Assembly (NCBI GenBank): GCA_963708135.1
Contig: OY970192.1
Coordinates: 896,001-960,000 of the forward strand
Reading direction: 5' to 3'
From: an uncultured Gemmatimonadales bacterium
GTDB taxonomy: Bacteria; Gemmatimonadota; Gemmatimonadetes; Longimicrobiales; RSA9
DNA length: 64,000 nucleotides
The first letter of the stretch is position 1; the number at the start of each line of letters is the position of its first letter. Both the position numbers and the translations under genes were made by a program. The notes beneath the pieces were generated by a model. The model had not been told where the DNA came from, did not search any database, and worked only from the letters and a program-made list of their open reading frames with translations. Shown one piece after another: positions 1 to 9,476 of this stretch.

Positions 1-212
1 CCCGGGCGGGCGAGGAGTCGAAGCTGTTCGGCTCGATCACGTCCGCCGACATTGCAGACCGGCTGAAGGAGCAGGAGCTGGACTTCGAGGTCGACCGCCG
101 CCAGATCGAGCTGGACGATCCGATCAAGACCCTCGGCGTCTACTCCGTCCCGGTCAAGCTGCACGCGGACGTGAGGCCCGAGATCAAGGTGTGGGTGATC
201 AAGGCGGACTGA
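1..212 (+). CDS. rplI: 50S ribosomal protein L9, C-terminal part (5' truncated by window)
   Basis: Frame from nt 3 reads RAGEESKLFGSITSADIADRL...IELDDPIKTLGVYSVPVKLHADVRPEIKVWVIKAD*, matching the L9 C-terminal motifs KLFGS and PIKxLG; TGA at 210-212. Confidence 0.93.
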   Translation, partial: RAGEESKLFGSITSADIADRLKEQELDFEVDRRQIELDDPIKTLGVYSVPVKLHADVRPEIKVWVIKAD

Positions 213-304
213 CCGCTCCCCGCCTCACCCCGACGGCCGGGCGGTGGCGACATGCAGGGCACGGGCGCGCGACGCTCACCGTTCCGTGTCCGCCGCCCCC
301 CGTC

Positions 305-488
305 GTGCCGCCGTCCGTAGTGCCGCCGTTAGTCGTGCCGCCGTCCGTCGTTGCCGCCGTCCGCAGTGCCGCCGTCTGTCGTGCCGCCGTTAGTCGTGCC
401 GCCGTTAGTCGTGCCGCCGTCTGTCGTTGCCGCCGTCAGTCGTGCCGCCGTCCGTCGTTGCCGCCGTCCGTCGTTGCCGCCGTCCGTC
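305..488. repeat. Tandem array of 12 units of 15-16 bp, consensus GT(T)GCCGCCGT plus a 5-nt variable tail
   Basis: Units start at 305,320,335,350,366,381,396,411,426,442,457,473. Tails: CCGTA,TAGTC,CCGTC,CCGCA,CTGTC,TAGTC,TAGTC,CTGTC,CAGTC,CCGTC,CCGTC,CCGTC. Confidence 0.95.
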
Positions 489-520
489 GTCCCCCCTGTC
501 GTCATCTCCCCCCCTCACAC

Positions 521-530
521 GTTATATTAT
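521..530 (+). promoter_or_regulatory. AT-rich -10-like box (GTTATATTAT) upstream of rsfS
   Basis: Isolated AT-rich TATATT/TATTAT in GC-rich DNA about 40 nt before the rsfS ATG; no clear -35. Confidence 0.4.
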
Positions 531-569
531 CCCGTCCAACCCTCCTGCTGACCCTGACCCCGGATCTGC

Positions 570-962
570 ATGGCCCGACCCGACAACACGGCTCCCGAGG
601 CCGCCGCGCTGGCGGATCTGGAGCTCTCGCCCGAGCTCGCGCTCGTCCTGGAGGCCGCCGTCGAGCGCAAGGCGCGGGACGTGCTGCTGCTCGATCTGCG
701 GCCGGTCTCGAACGCCACCGACTATTTCGTGATCGTGACGGGGACCTCCGACATCCACGTCCGCTCGATCGCCGAGCACATCGTGGAGGAGCTGAAGAAG
801 GAGGGCTACCGGCCCGACCACGCGGAGGGACTGCGCGGCGGGCACTGGGTGCTGCTCGACTTCATCGACTTCGTGGTCCACGTTTTCCACCCTGCCGCGC
901 GCGAGTTCTACCAGCTCGAGCGGCTGTGGGGCGACGCACCCGCGTACCCGATCGAGGGCTGA
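570..962 (+). CDS. rsfS: Ribosome silencing factor RsfS (Iojap/YbeB)
   Basis: ERKARDVLLLDL..., TDYFVIVTGTSDIHVRSIAE, WVLLDFIDFVVHVF, REFYQLERLWGDA. Confidence 0.95.
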   Translation: MARPDNTAPEAAALADLELSPELALVLEAAVERKARDVLLLDLRPVSNATDYFVIVTGTSDIHVRSIAEHIVEELKKEGYRPDHAEGLRGGHWVLLDFIDFVVHVFHPAAREFYQLERLWGDAPAYPIEG

Positions 963-970
963 GCTCCGCC

Positions 971-3900
971 GTGCGCCCGCGCCGCTTCCTCGTCGCCTTC
1001 CTCGGGCTCCTGCTGCCGCTCCTCGCGGTGGGGCAGGCGCGCGCGCAGCAGTACTTCGGCCGCAACAAGGTCCAGTACCGCTCCTTCGACTTCAAGGTCA
1101 TCCGGACCGAGCACTTCGACGTCTACTTCTACCCGCAGGAGCGGGAGGCGGCGCTCGACGCGGCGCGCATGGCGGAGCGCTCCTATGCCCGGCTGTCGCG
1201 CGTCCTGCAGCACGAGTTCAGGGAGCGGAAGCCGATCATCCTCTACGCCTCGCACGCGGAGTTCCAGCAGACCAACGCCATTCCGAGCTTCATCGACGAG
1301 AGCACGGGCGGGGTCACGGAGCCGCTGAAGAACCGGGTGATCGTACCGTTCACGGGCGACTATGCGGACTTCGAGCACGTGCTCACGCACGAGCTGGTGC
1401 ACGCCTTCCAGTTCGATATCCTGATGCGCCGCGGCATGCCCGACACCAGCCCGATGGTCGGCCGGCTGCCGCTCTGGTACATGGAGGGAATGGCGGAGTA
1501 CCTCTCGATCGGCCGCATCGACCCGCAGACCGTCTCCTGGCTGCGCGACGCCGTGCTGTCCGGCTACATCCGCGACATCGCCCAGATGAACCGGGCCGAC
1601 GACTACCTCTCCTACCGCTTCGGGCAGTCGCTCTGGGAGTACATCGGCAGGAAATGGGGCGACGAGGTCATCGGCATCATCCTGCAGAAGACGCCGCGCA
1701 TCGGCATCGAGAGAGCGTTCCGCACCACGCTCGGCCTCTCGCTCGGCGATCTCAGCGCGGAGTGGATGACGAGCCTGCGCAAGACCTACCTGCCGCAGGT
1801 CGCCGACTACCAGCGGCCGGACGTCTTCGCGGAGAAGCTGACGCACCACGACCGGCTGGAGGACCCGTGGTACGTGGCGCCCGCGCTCGCGCCCGACGGC
1901 CGCACGATGGTCTACGTCTCGCAGCGGGGCGGCTTCTCCTTCGACCTCTGGCTTGCGGACCCGCACACGGGCGAGCCGCTCCACCGCCTCGTCACCGCGG
2001 AGCGGAACGGCGGCCTCGAGTCGCTCCGCTTCATGAGCTCGTCTGCCGCCTTCTCGCCCGACAGCCGCTTCGTGGCCTTCGCCGCGCAGACCGGCGGGCG
2101 GGACGCGCTCTACATCTACGACATCGCCCACGACCGCATCATCCGCAAGCTGCGCTTCCGGCTGAACGGCATCGCGCACCCGAGCTGGTCGCCGCGCGGC
2201 GACCGCATCGTCTTCAGCGGCAACGACGGCGGCATCACGGACCTGTTCATCACCGACCTGGACGGCCGGCTGAAGCGGCTCACGGATGACCGCTATGCGG
2301 ACCTCACCCCCTCCTGGGCGCCGGACGGCAGCGCCATCGCCTTCAGCACCGACCGCGGGCCGGGCGCCGACTTCGACCGCCTGCGCTACGGCAACCTGCG
2401 GGTCGCGCTCTACTATCCGGCTACCGGCGAGATCGAGGTGCTGCCACACCAGGAGCGGGGCAAGAACCTGAACCCTGTCTGGGCCCCGGACTCGCGCTCC
2501 CTCGCCTGGGTGGGCGACCGCACCGGCAATGACAACCTCTACCTGTTCGACCTGGCGAGCGCCGCCCTCTCGCGCGTGAGCAACGTGCTCTCCGGCGTCA
2601 TCGCCGTCACGCCCCTCTCCCCCGTGCTCTCCTGGGGCGCGGGCGGCCGCCTGCTGTTCGTCTACTTCGAGCGGGCCGGCTACAACATCTACGCGGTGGA
2701 CGACCCCCGCGCGCTGCCGCGCTTCCCCGTGGACTCGACCGGCCCGGCGCTGCTCGCCGCCGGGCCTGGCCACGCCGCAGGCGACGGCGGCGCAGCCGGC
2801 TCGCCGGCCACGGCCGCAGCCGCCTCGCCCGCCGCGGGCTCCGCCTCGGCGGTCCCACTCGACCCCGGCGCCGTGCGCGCGGCGCCGGGCGAGGTGCCGA
2901 TGCACCTGGTGCTGCCGTTCGACAGCACGGCGCTGGACGGCATGGCGCCGGCCACCCCGATCGACCGGCTGAGCGCCTCCTGGTACCACGGCAAGGACGG
3001 CTTCCGGCCGAGCTCGGAGACGCCGCCTTCACTGGCCGCCGCCGGCGGGGCGGGGGAGCGGCCCGTTTCCGTCCTCGCGCTCATGGACAGCGTGAGCACC
3101 ACGCTGCCGGACACGACCACGTTCCGCATCCGGCCCTATAAGGTGAAGTTCACGGCCGACATGATCGGGCGTCCCACGGTCGGCGCGCAGGTGGGCGGCT
3201 ACTACGGCAACGGCCTTTACGGCGGCAGCTACATCGCGCTCTCCGACATCCTCGGCAACCAGAACATCCTGGTGGCCGGCAACGTGAACGGCTCCTTCTC
3301 GGACGCGCAGTTCTTCGCCGGCTACGCGTTCCTGAAGAAGCGCGCGAACCTGACCGCCACGCTCGAGCAGATTCCGCTCTACCGCTACTATGGCGGCGGC
3401 TACCTGACGGTGGACAACGCCGGGCAGCCGCGCGACGCCGTGGCCAATGTGTTCCTGCGGGACGTGATCCGGGCTGCGGCCCTGAACGTGAGCTATCCGT
3501 TCAGCGCGTTCCGGCGGCTGGAGCTCGGCCTCACCGGCATGTACTACAAGAGCGACATCCTCTACCGCGGCTATTATCCCGACAACGGCGAGATCCTGAA
3601 CCGGACCGACCGGCTCGACCAGATGAGCTTCGCGCAGCCGATGGCGGCGCTCGTCTTCGACAACACGCTGTTCGGCTGGACGGGTCCGATCTACGGCCAC
3701 CGCTACCGGCTGCAGCTCTCGCGCACCTTCGGCGACTTCGCCTATACGGAGGCGCTGGCGGACGTGCGCAACTACTTCAACATCAAGCGCTCCGTCGTCT
3801 TCGCCTCCCAGCTCTTCACGCTCTCGCGCTTCGGCTCCGACGCCGACCGCTTCCTCCTCTTCTGGGGCGGGCCCTACTTCATCCGCGGCTACGACGGCGG

Positions 3901-4375
3901 CTCCTTCGACCCCACCTCGAAGGAGTGCGCGGACAGCCAGAGCTTCGGCGATGTGGGCTCCGCCTCGCCCTGCCCCGTGCGCGACCAGCTCATCGGCTCC
4001 AGCGCGGCGCTCATGAACCTCGAGCTCCGTTTCCCGATCATCAAGGAGCTCGACATCGGCCCGATCGGCTCCTTCCCGCCCGTCGACCTCGTGACCTTCT
4101 TCGACGGCGGCGTGGCCTGGAGCGACCGGGTCTGCCTCCAGGTCGACTACACGCTCGGCAGCCAGTGCGTCTCCGGACAGGACCACCCCGTGCACATCGT
4201 CTGGGACCGCAAATCCGGCCAGGACCCGCTCTACTGGCGCGAGCCGCTCTTCAGCTGGGGCCTCGGGCTGCGCTTCAACATCTTCTACACTGTGCTGCGC
4301 CTCGATTACGCCTTCCCCCTCGACCGACCCGACCGCCACGGCATCTTCTCGCTCTCCTTCGGTCCCTCCTTCTGA
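971..4375 (+). CDS. Omp85/BamA-superfamily outer-membrane protein with N-terminal gluzincin-like (peptidase MA) domain and TolB-like PD40 beta-propeller
   Basis: GTG 971 followed by signal peptide (RRFLVAFLGLLL..ARAQ); QYFGRNKVQY; HELVH plus WYMEGMAEY; repeated PSWSP/FSPD motifs; IRGY motif and C-terminal GIFSLSFGPSF. The ORF-track extension to 191 crosses the repeat and rsfS and is spurious. Confidence 0.88.
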   Translation: MRPRRFLVAFLGLLLPLLAVGQARAQQYFGRNKVQYRSFDFKVIRTEHFDVYFYPQEREAALDAARMAERSYARLSRVLQHEFRERKPIILYASHAEFQQTNAIPSFIDESTGGVTEPLKNRVIVPFTGDYADFEHVLTHELVHAFQFDILMRRGMPDTSPMVGRLPLWYMEGMAEYLSIGRIDPQTVSWLRDAVLSGYIRDIAQMNRADDYLSYRFGQSLWEYIGRKWGDEVIGIILQKTPRIGIERAFRTTLGLSLGDLSAEWMTSLRKTYLPQVADYQRPDVFAEKLTHHDRLEDPWYVAPALAPDGRTMVYVSQRGGFSFDLWLADPHTGEPLHRLVTAERNGGLESLRFMSSSAAFSPDSRFVAFAAQTGGRDALYIYDIAHDRIIRKLRFRLNGIAHPSWSPRGDRIVFSGNDGGITDLFITDLDGRLKRLTDDRYADLTPSWAPDGSAIAFSTDRGPGADFDRLRYGNLRVALYYPATGEIEVLPHQERGKNLNPVWAPDSRSLAWVGDRTGNDNLYLFDLASAALSRVSNVLSGVIAVTPLSPVLSWGAGGRLLFVYFERAGYNIYAVDDPRALPRFPVDSTGPALLAAGPGHAAGDGGAAGSPATAAAASPAAGSASAVPLDPGAVRAAPGEVPMHLVLPFDSTALDGMAPATPIDRLSASWYHGKDGFRPSSETPPSLAAAGGAGERPVSVLALMDSVSTTLPDTTTFRIRPYKVKFTADMIGRPTVGAQVGGYYGNGLYGGSYIALSDILGNQNILVAGNVNGSFSDAQFFAGYAFLKKRANLTATLEQIPLYRYYGGGYLTVDNAGQPRDAVANVFLRDVIRAAALNVSYPFSAFRRLELGLTGMYYKSDILYRGYYPDNGEILNRTDRLDQMSFAQPMAALVFDNTLFGWTGPIYGHRYRLQLSRTFGDFAYTEALADVRNYFNIKRSVVFASQLFTLSRFGSDADRFLLFWGGPYFIRGYDGGSFDPTSKECADSQSFGDVGSASPCPVRDQLIGSSAALMNLELRFPIIKELDIGPIGSFPPVDLVTFFDGGVAWSDRVCLQVDYTLGSQCVSGQDHPVHIVWDRKSGQDPLYWREPLFSWGLGLRFNIFYTVLRLDYAFPLDRPDRHGIFSLSFGPSF

Positions 4376-4496
4376 GGGCCGGGCCCTTTCGATGGTCCGC
4401 CCTCCGGCTTATCATTGACACCTTGCGAACAGCCGCCATCCCTCCCCGACGAGCCAGGGGTCTGCCGGCCGGAATGACCATCGCCGCCTCGCACCG

Positions 4497-6092
4497 ATGA
4501 GCCTCACCCCGTGGCGCCTCGCGGTGCCGTTCGATCCCGCATCCGGCGCCCTGCCCGCCGAGCTCCGCGAGCTCATCGAGCCGGCGGCCGCCACCGCGCC
4601 CGTGGTGCTTCTCGTGGCCGGCCCCGAGGCCCGCCGCTCGGGCTGGGCCCCGGGCGCCGCGCTCGCGCTCGCGCGCGCCTGGGACGGCGTGGCTCCCGGC
4701 GTCGTGCTGGCCGATCTCGCCGTCGGCGCCGCGCACCTCCACGAGCTCGCCGGCGTGCCCAACGACGAGGGGCTCGCCGATGTCTTCCTCTTCGGCGCCT
4801 CCATCCGCCACGTCCGCCACCGCGTGCCGGGCGAGCCGTTCGCGCTGATCCCCGCCGGCGTCGCGCCCGCGGAGATCGAGACCGTGCTCCGCCACCCACG
4901 CTGGCAGAGCGTCGTGGCCGAGTTCTTCCGGACGGAGGAGGCGCTCCTCGTCTACGTCCCCGCCGAGGCCCCCGGCCTGGACGAGCTCGCGCGCCGGATC
5001 GGCTGCGGCCTCGCGCTGGTCGCCCCCGGCGACGACTGGACCCTCGCGGCCGTGTTCCCCGAGGAGTTCGTCGTGCTCCATACGCTCGGGGCGCCGGAGG
5101 AGCAGCGTGCCGGCGCGGCCGGGGCGGCGGAGCCTTCGGAAAGGGAGGCGCCGGTCGCGGCCGAAATCTCGGCGGAGTCGGCGGAACAGCCGGGGCCGGG
5201 GGCGGAGGTGGAGACAGAGGCCGAAGCCGGCGCGGCGCGGCCCGATTCGCACGGGGCGCTGGTGGACGCGCTCTGGGCACGGCGGGCGGGTGGCGCGGAG
5301 GCGGCACGCGAGGCGGCGGCCGTGAAGCCGGACGTGGTGGCGGGGCGCGCGGTGACGGAGGAAGAGCTGCTCGACGAGCCGCCGCCCGCGGAGCGGGAGC
5401 CGGTGGGCCGGCGGCGGGGCGTGAGCCTGCTTCTCTGGCTCGCCCTCGGCGCGGCCGTGGCGCTCGGGATCGTCTTCGGCGCGCAGGAGTACTTCGGCTA
5501 CGACGTGCTGGGGCGGCTGTCCGGCGGCGGGGATGCCCCGGCTGAGAGCATGGCGCCGCTGGTCCGGGCGGCGCCGCCGCCGCACGCGCTGGCGCGGCCG
5601 CTTCCCTATTCGGTGGCGATCGAGGCGCGCCGCTCCTACGCCTCGGCGCTGGCGCGGCTCGGGGAGCTAGAGAAGGTGGAGCCCGGGATGCAGTTCTTCG
5701 TCTCGCCGATCCTGGCGGGCAACGCGCTCTACTACCGCATCATGGCGGGGCCGGTGGCGGACAGCACGGCGGCCGCGGTGCTCATGCAGCGCCTGCTCGA
5801 TGCCGGCGTGAAGACGGGCGCCAGCCAGTGGGACATCCGGCCCACGCCCTGGTCGTTCCTGCTCGGCGAGTTCGCTTCGCGCGACGCGGCCGCCGCGCAC
5901 GCCGACTCGCTCGGGACCCGGAACATCCCCAGCTACGTCGTGCAGGTCCCCTACTCCGCGGGCCCGCCGCGCTGGCGCCTCTACGGCGGCGCGTTCGAGG
6001 GGCCGGCCCAGGCGGAGGCGTTGCGCCCGCTCCTGCGCGGCGCCGGCGTCCCCGATACCCTGGTCGAGCGAACGGGTCGTAGCGAATCATGA
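4497..6092 (+). CDS. Membrane protein: degenerate CpsD/MinD-like N-terminal domain, acidic linker, one TM helix, C-terminal SPOR-like repeats
   Basis: VVLADLAVGAAHLHELAGVPNDEGLADVFL resembles the Walker A-prime region but there is no GK[ST]; TM LLLWLALGAAVALGIVFG; SPOR-like YYRIMAGP and WRLYGGAF; ATGA overlap with smc. Confidence 0.6.
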   Translation: MSLTPWRLAVPFDPASGALPAELRELIEPAAATAPVVLLVAGPEARRSGWAPGAALALARAWDGVAPGVVLADLAVGAAHLHELAGVPNDEGLADVFLFGASIRHVRHRVPGEPFALIPAGVAPAEIETVLRHPRWQSVVAEFFRTEEALLVYVPAEAPGLDELARRIGCGLALVAPGDDWTLAAVFPEEFVVLHTLGAPEEQRAGAAGAAEPSEREAPVAAEISAESAEQPGPGAEVETEAEAGAARPDSHGALVDALWARRAGGAEAAREAAAVKPDVVAGRAVTEEELLDEPPPAEREPVGRRRGVSLLLWLALGAAVALGIVFGAQEYFGYDVLGRLSGGGDAPAESMAPLVRAAPPPHALARPLPYSVAIEARRSYASALARLGELEKVEPGMQFFVSPILAGNALYYRIMAGPVADSTAAAVLMQRLLDAGVKTGASQWDIRPTPWSFLLGEFASRDAAAAHADSLGTRNIPSYVVQVPYSAGPPRWRLYGGAFEGPAQAEALRPLLRGAGVPDTLVERTGRSES

Positions 6093-9000
6093 AGCTCCGC
6101 CGCCTCAGCCTCCACGGCTTCAAGTCCTTTGCCGACCACACCCACCTCGACTTCCACGAGGGCATCACGGCCATCGTGGGGCCGAACGGGTGCGGCAAGT
6201 CGAACATCAGCGACGCCATCCGCTGGGTGCTCGGTGAGCAGCGCGCCTCGGCGATCCGCGGCTCCAAGATGGAGGAGGCGATCTTTCAGGGCACGACGGA
6301 GCGGCGTGCGGTGAACCGCGCCGAGGTCTCGCTCCTCTTCTCCAACCTCGAGAAGCGCCTTGCCCTGCCGCACGACGAGGTGGAGATCCGCCGTACCGTC
6401 TTCCGCGAGGGCGGCAGCGACTACGCCCTGAACCGGACCGCCTGCCGGCTGCGCGACATCTACGACCTGTTCCGCGACACCGGGCTCGGCACCAACGCCT
6501 ACGCCGTCATCGAGCAGGGGATGGTGGACTCCATCCTGTCCGAGCGCGCCGACGAGCGCCGCCACATGTTCGAGGAGGCCGCCGGCATCGGCCGCTACAA
6601 GGACCGCCGCAAGGCTGCGCAGCGCCGCCTGGACGCCGCCGAGGCCGACCTGAACCGGCTGGAGGACCTGCTCACGGAGGTCGAGTCGAAGGTCCGCTCG
6701 CTCAAGCGGCAGAAGAACCGCGCCGAGAAGTATCAGGAGCTGCGCACCCGCCGGCTTTCGCTCGAGGTGCGCGTGGCCTCGGACCAGCTCGAGGATGCGC
6801 GCCGCCGCCTGGCCGAGACCACGGCGCGCCTGGAGCGCCTCGCGCAGGACGAGCCGTCCGCGCGCGCCGCGCTCGCCACCGCCGAGACCGAGCTCGAGCG
6901 GCTCCGCCTCGAGGCCGGCGAGCTCGCCCGCGAGCGCGGCGTGGTGGCGCAGAAGGTCGAGGAGGCCACGCGCGCTATCGCCGGACGGGAGCGCGAGCTG
7001 GCGGTGGCGGACGAGCGGCGCGCGGGCGCCGAGCGCCGGCTCCAGCAGATCGCCATCGAGCGGGCCGAGCTCGCCGCGCGCGCCACGGACCTCGATGCCG
7101 CGCTGGAGACGCTCGAGGCCGAGGTGGCCGATGAGCGCTCCACGCTCGCCGCGCGCGCCGCCGCGGTGGAGCGCGCGCACGCCCGGCAGACGGACCTGCG
7201 GGCCGAGCTCGCGCGCGTTCGGCGCGCCGAGGAGGAGGCCCGCACGCGGGAGACGGAGCTGACGCGTCGCCTGGCGCGCCTCGAGGCGGACGCCTCCGCC
7301 GCCGACGTGCGCGCGCTGGAGGCGGAGTCCCGGCTGGAGCAGCTCGGCGGGGAGGCGGAGGAGCTGGCGGGCGAGGTGGCGCGGCTCGACGACCAGGGGG
7401 ACCTCTTCGCCTCGCGCACGCATGAGCTGACGGCCGCCAAGGCGCGCCTGGAGAAGGAGGTTGCCGGGCAGCAGGCCTCGCTCGAGCGGCTGCGCGCGGA
7501 CGAGATGGCCGAGCGGCGCGCGCTCTCGGAGGCGGAGGACCGGGTGGGCCGGCTGAACGCGCGCCTGGCGGCGCTCGACGCCCTCGAGCGGGACCACCAC
7601 GGCTTCGCGCCCGCCGTGGCCGCCGCCCTCGATGCGCGCGCCGAGCTCGAGGGGCTAAAGGGGCCGCTGGCGGAGTACCTCGACCTGCCGCCCGAGCGCG
7701 CCGCCGCCGTGGAGGGGACGCTCGGGTCGCTGCTCCAGGCGCTGGTCGTGGACGACGATGCGGCCGCCGACCGCATCCGCCTCTGGCTCACCGGCGCGCA
7801 CGCGCAGAAGGGCGCGCTGGCGCTGATCCAGGAGGCCGGCCTGCCGCGCGTGGCCGCGCTCCTCGAGGTCATCGAGTTCGTCGGCCGGCCGCCCGAGGAG
7901 CCCGTGCTCATCGGCCGCCGCGAGCGCCTCATCCGACTCCGCAGCGAGGCAGCCCACGGTGCCGGCGAGCGCGACGCGCGCGCCGAGGCCCGCGCGGCCG
8001 CGGCGGAGCGCATCGCGGAGGCCGAGGTCGAGCTGCGCGCCGCCGCCGTCCGTCTCCAGGAGGCGGACCTGGAGCTCCGCCGCGCCGAGTCCGACGAGGC
8101 CGCCCGCCGCGGCGAGTGGACTCGTGCCAGCCGAGCCCGGGACGAGCTCTCCCACAGGCGCGAGCAGCTGCGCGGGACGATCCAGGCGGCCCGCGACGCG
8201 GCCATCGCCGCCCGTGAGGAGCACGCGCGCGTTCTGGCCGAGCTCGAGGCGGGCGAGGACCGGCCGACGGATCACGCCGGCGTGGCCAGTGAGCTAGAGG
8301 CGGCGTGGCAGGCCGCGAGTGATGCCGAGGCGGAGGTCCGTATCGGCCACGCGCGCACCGAGGCGGCCGTGGCCGCGCTCGAGCGGCGGATCGCCGGGGC
8401 GCGCGAGTCGATCCAGCAGGCGGAGCGGCGGACGGCCGCGCTGGCCGCGGAGGACGCCGGCATGCGCGCCGAGCTGGAGCACCTCTCCGAGCTGCGCTCC
8501 GGCGCCGGCGAGGACCTGGAGGCGCTGTTCGGCCACCGCGATGCCGGCGCCGCCGAGCTGCGGGCGCTGGACGAGCGTCACGCCGCCGCCGCCGGGCGGC
8601 TGGAGGCGCTCGAGTCCGAGGCGCGCGCGCTCCGGCGCAGCACGGAGGAGAAGGCGGAGGACCGGCACCGCCTCGAGCTGGAGAAGGCGGAGGCGGGCGC
8701 CGCGGAGCGGAGCGTGCGGGAGCGGCTGGAGGCGGAGTGGGGGCGCCCCTACGCCCAGCTCGTCGCCCGGGCGGAGCCCGTCGAGGGCGACCCCGAGGTG
8801 CTCAGGGCCGAGCTCCACGCGCTGGCCGCTGACATCGAGCGCCTGGGCCCGATCAACATGCTGGCCGTCGAGGAGTTCGGCGAGGAGAGCGCGCGGCTCG
8901 AGTTTCTGACGGCGCAGCGGCAGGATTTGGTCAAGGCGCGCGACGACCTCCAGACCGCGATCCGCCAGATCAACCGCACCGCGCGGCAGCTCTTCGCCGA

Positions 9001-9469
9001 CACCTTCGACCAGATCCGGCAGAACTTCCAGCGCACGTTCCTCACGCTGTTCGAGGGCGGCGAGTGCGACATCCGGCTCGCCGACCCCGACGATCCGCTG
9101 GAGTCCGAGATCGACATCGCGGCCTCTCCCCGCGGCAAGAAGACGCACCGCATCCATCTGCTCTCCGGCGGCGAGCGGGCGCTCACCGCCCTCGCGCTGC
9201 TCTTCGCCATCTACCTCGTCAAGCCGAGCCCGTTCTGCGTGCTCGACGAGGTCGACGCCCCGCTCGACGAGGCCAACATCGGTCGCTTCCTGGCCATGCT
9301 CGCCGAGTTCAAGAGCTCGACCCAGTTCATCGTCATCACCCACAACCCGCGCACCATGGAGGCGGCCGACTGGATCTACGGCGTCACCATGGAGGAGCCC
9401 GGGATCAGCTCCATCGTGGGCGTCCGTCTCGACGAGGTCCTGACGGATGTCGGTGTCGCGGCGGGGTAG
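6089..9469 (+). CDS. smc: Chromosome segregation protein SMC
   Basis: Walker A GPNGCGKSN, signature LSGGE, Walker B/D-loop VLDEVDAPLD, ITHN, long coiled coils; hinge looks shortened. Confidence 0.96.
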   Translation: MKLRRLSLHGFKSFADHTHLDFHEGITAIVGPNGCGKSNISDAIRWVLGEQRASAIRGSKMEEAIFQGTTERRAVNRAEVSLLFSNLEKRLALPHDEVEIRRTVFREGGSDYALNRTACRLRDIYDLFRDTGLGTNAYAVIEQGMVDSILSERADERRHMFEEAAGIGRYKDRRKAAQRRLDAAEADLNRLEDLLTEVESKVRSLKRQKNRAEKYQELRTRRLSLEVRVASDQLEDARRRLAETTARLERLAQDEPSARAALATAETELERLRLEAGELARERGVVAQKVEEATRAIAGRERELAVADERRAGAERRLQQIAIERAELAARATDLDAALETLEAEVADERSTLAARAAAVERAHARQTDLRAELARVRRAEEEARTRETELTRRLARLEADASAADVRALEAESRLEQLGGEAEELAGEVARLDDQGDLFASRTHELTAAKARLEKEVAGQQASLERLRADEMAERRALSEAEDRVGRLNARLAALDALERDHHGFAPAVAAALDARAELEGLKGPLAEYLDLPPERAAAVEGTLGSLLQALVVDDDAAADRIRLWLTGAHAQKGALALIQEAGLPRVAALLEVIEFVGRPPEEPVLIGRRERLIRLRSEAAHGAGERDARAEARAAAAERIAEAEVELRAAAVRLQEADLELRRAESDEAARRGEWTRASRARDELSHRREQLRGTIQAARDAAIAAREEHARVLAELEAGEDRPTDHAGVASELEAAWQAASDAEAEVRIGHARTEAAVAALERRIAGARESIQQAERRTAALAAEDAGMRAELEHLSELRSGAGEDLEALFGHRDAGAAELRALDERHAAAAGRLEALESEARALRRSTEEKAEDRHRLELEKAEAGAAERSVRERLEAEWGRPYAQLVARAEPVEGDPEVLRAELHALAADIERLGPINMLAVEEFGEESARLEFLTAQRQDLVKARDDLQTAIRQINRTARQLFADTFDQIRQNFQRTFLTLFEGGECDIRLADPDDPLESEIDIAASPRGKKTHRIHLLSGGERALTALALLFAIYLVKPSPFCVLDEVDAPLDEANIGRFLAMLAEFKSSTQFIVITHNPRTMEAADWIYGVTMEEPGISSIVGVRLDEVLTDVGVAAG

Positions 9470-9476
9470 GGAACGC

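Noticed and set aside
305..488. CRISPR or mini-CRISPR interpretation of the tandem array
   Set aside because: Core is about 10 nt, variable parts are only 5 nt and recur, and there are no cas genes in the window
191..970. N-terminal extension of the 1394-aa ORF and other ORFs across the repeat
   Set aside because: They run through the tandem array and overlap rsfS in another frame; the signal peptide begins at GTG 971
4415..4443. TTGACA -35 box upstream of the SPOR-like gene
   Set aside because: No convincing -10 at 16-18 nt spacing
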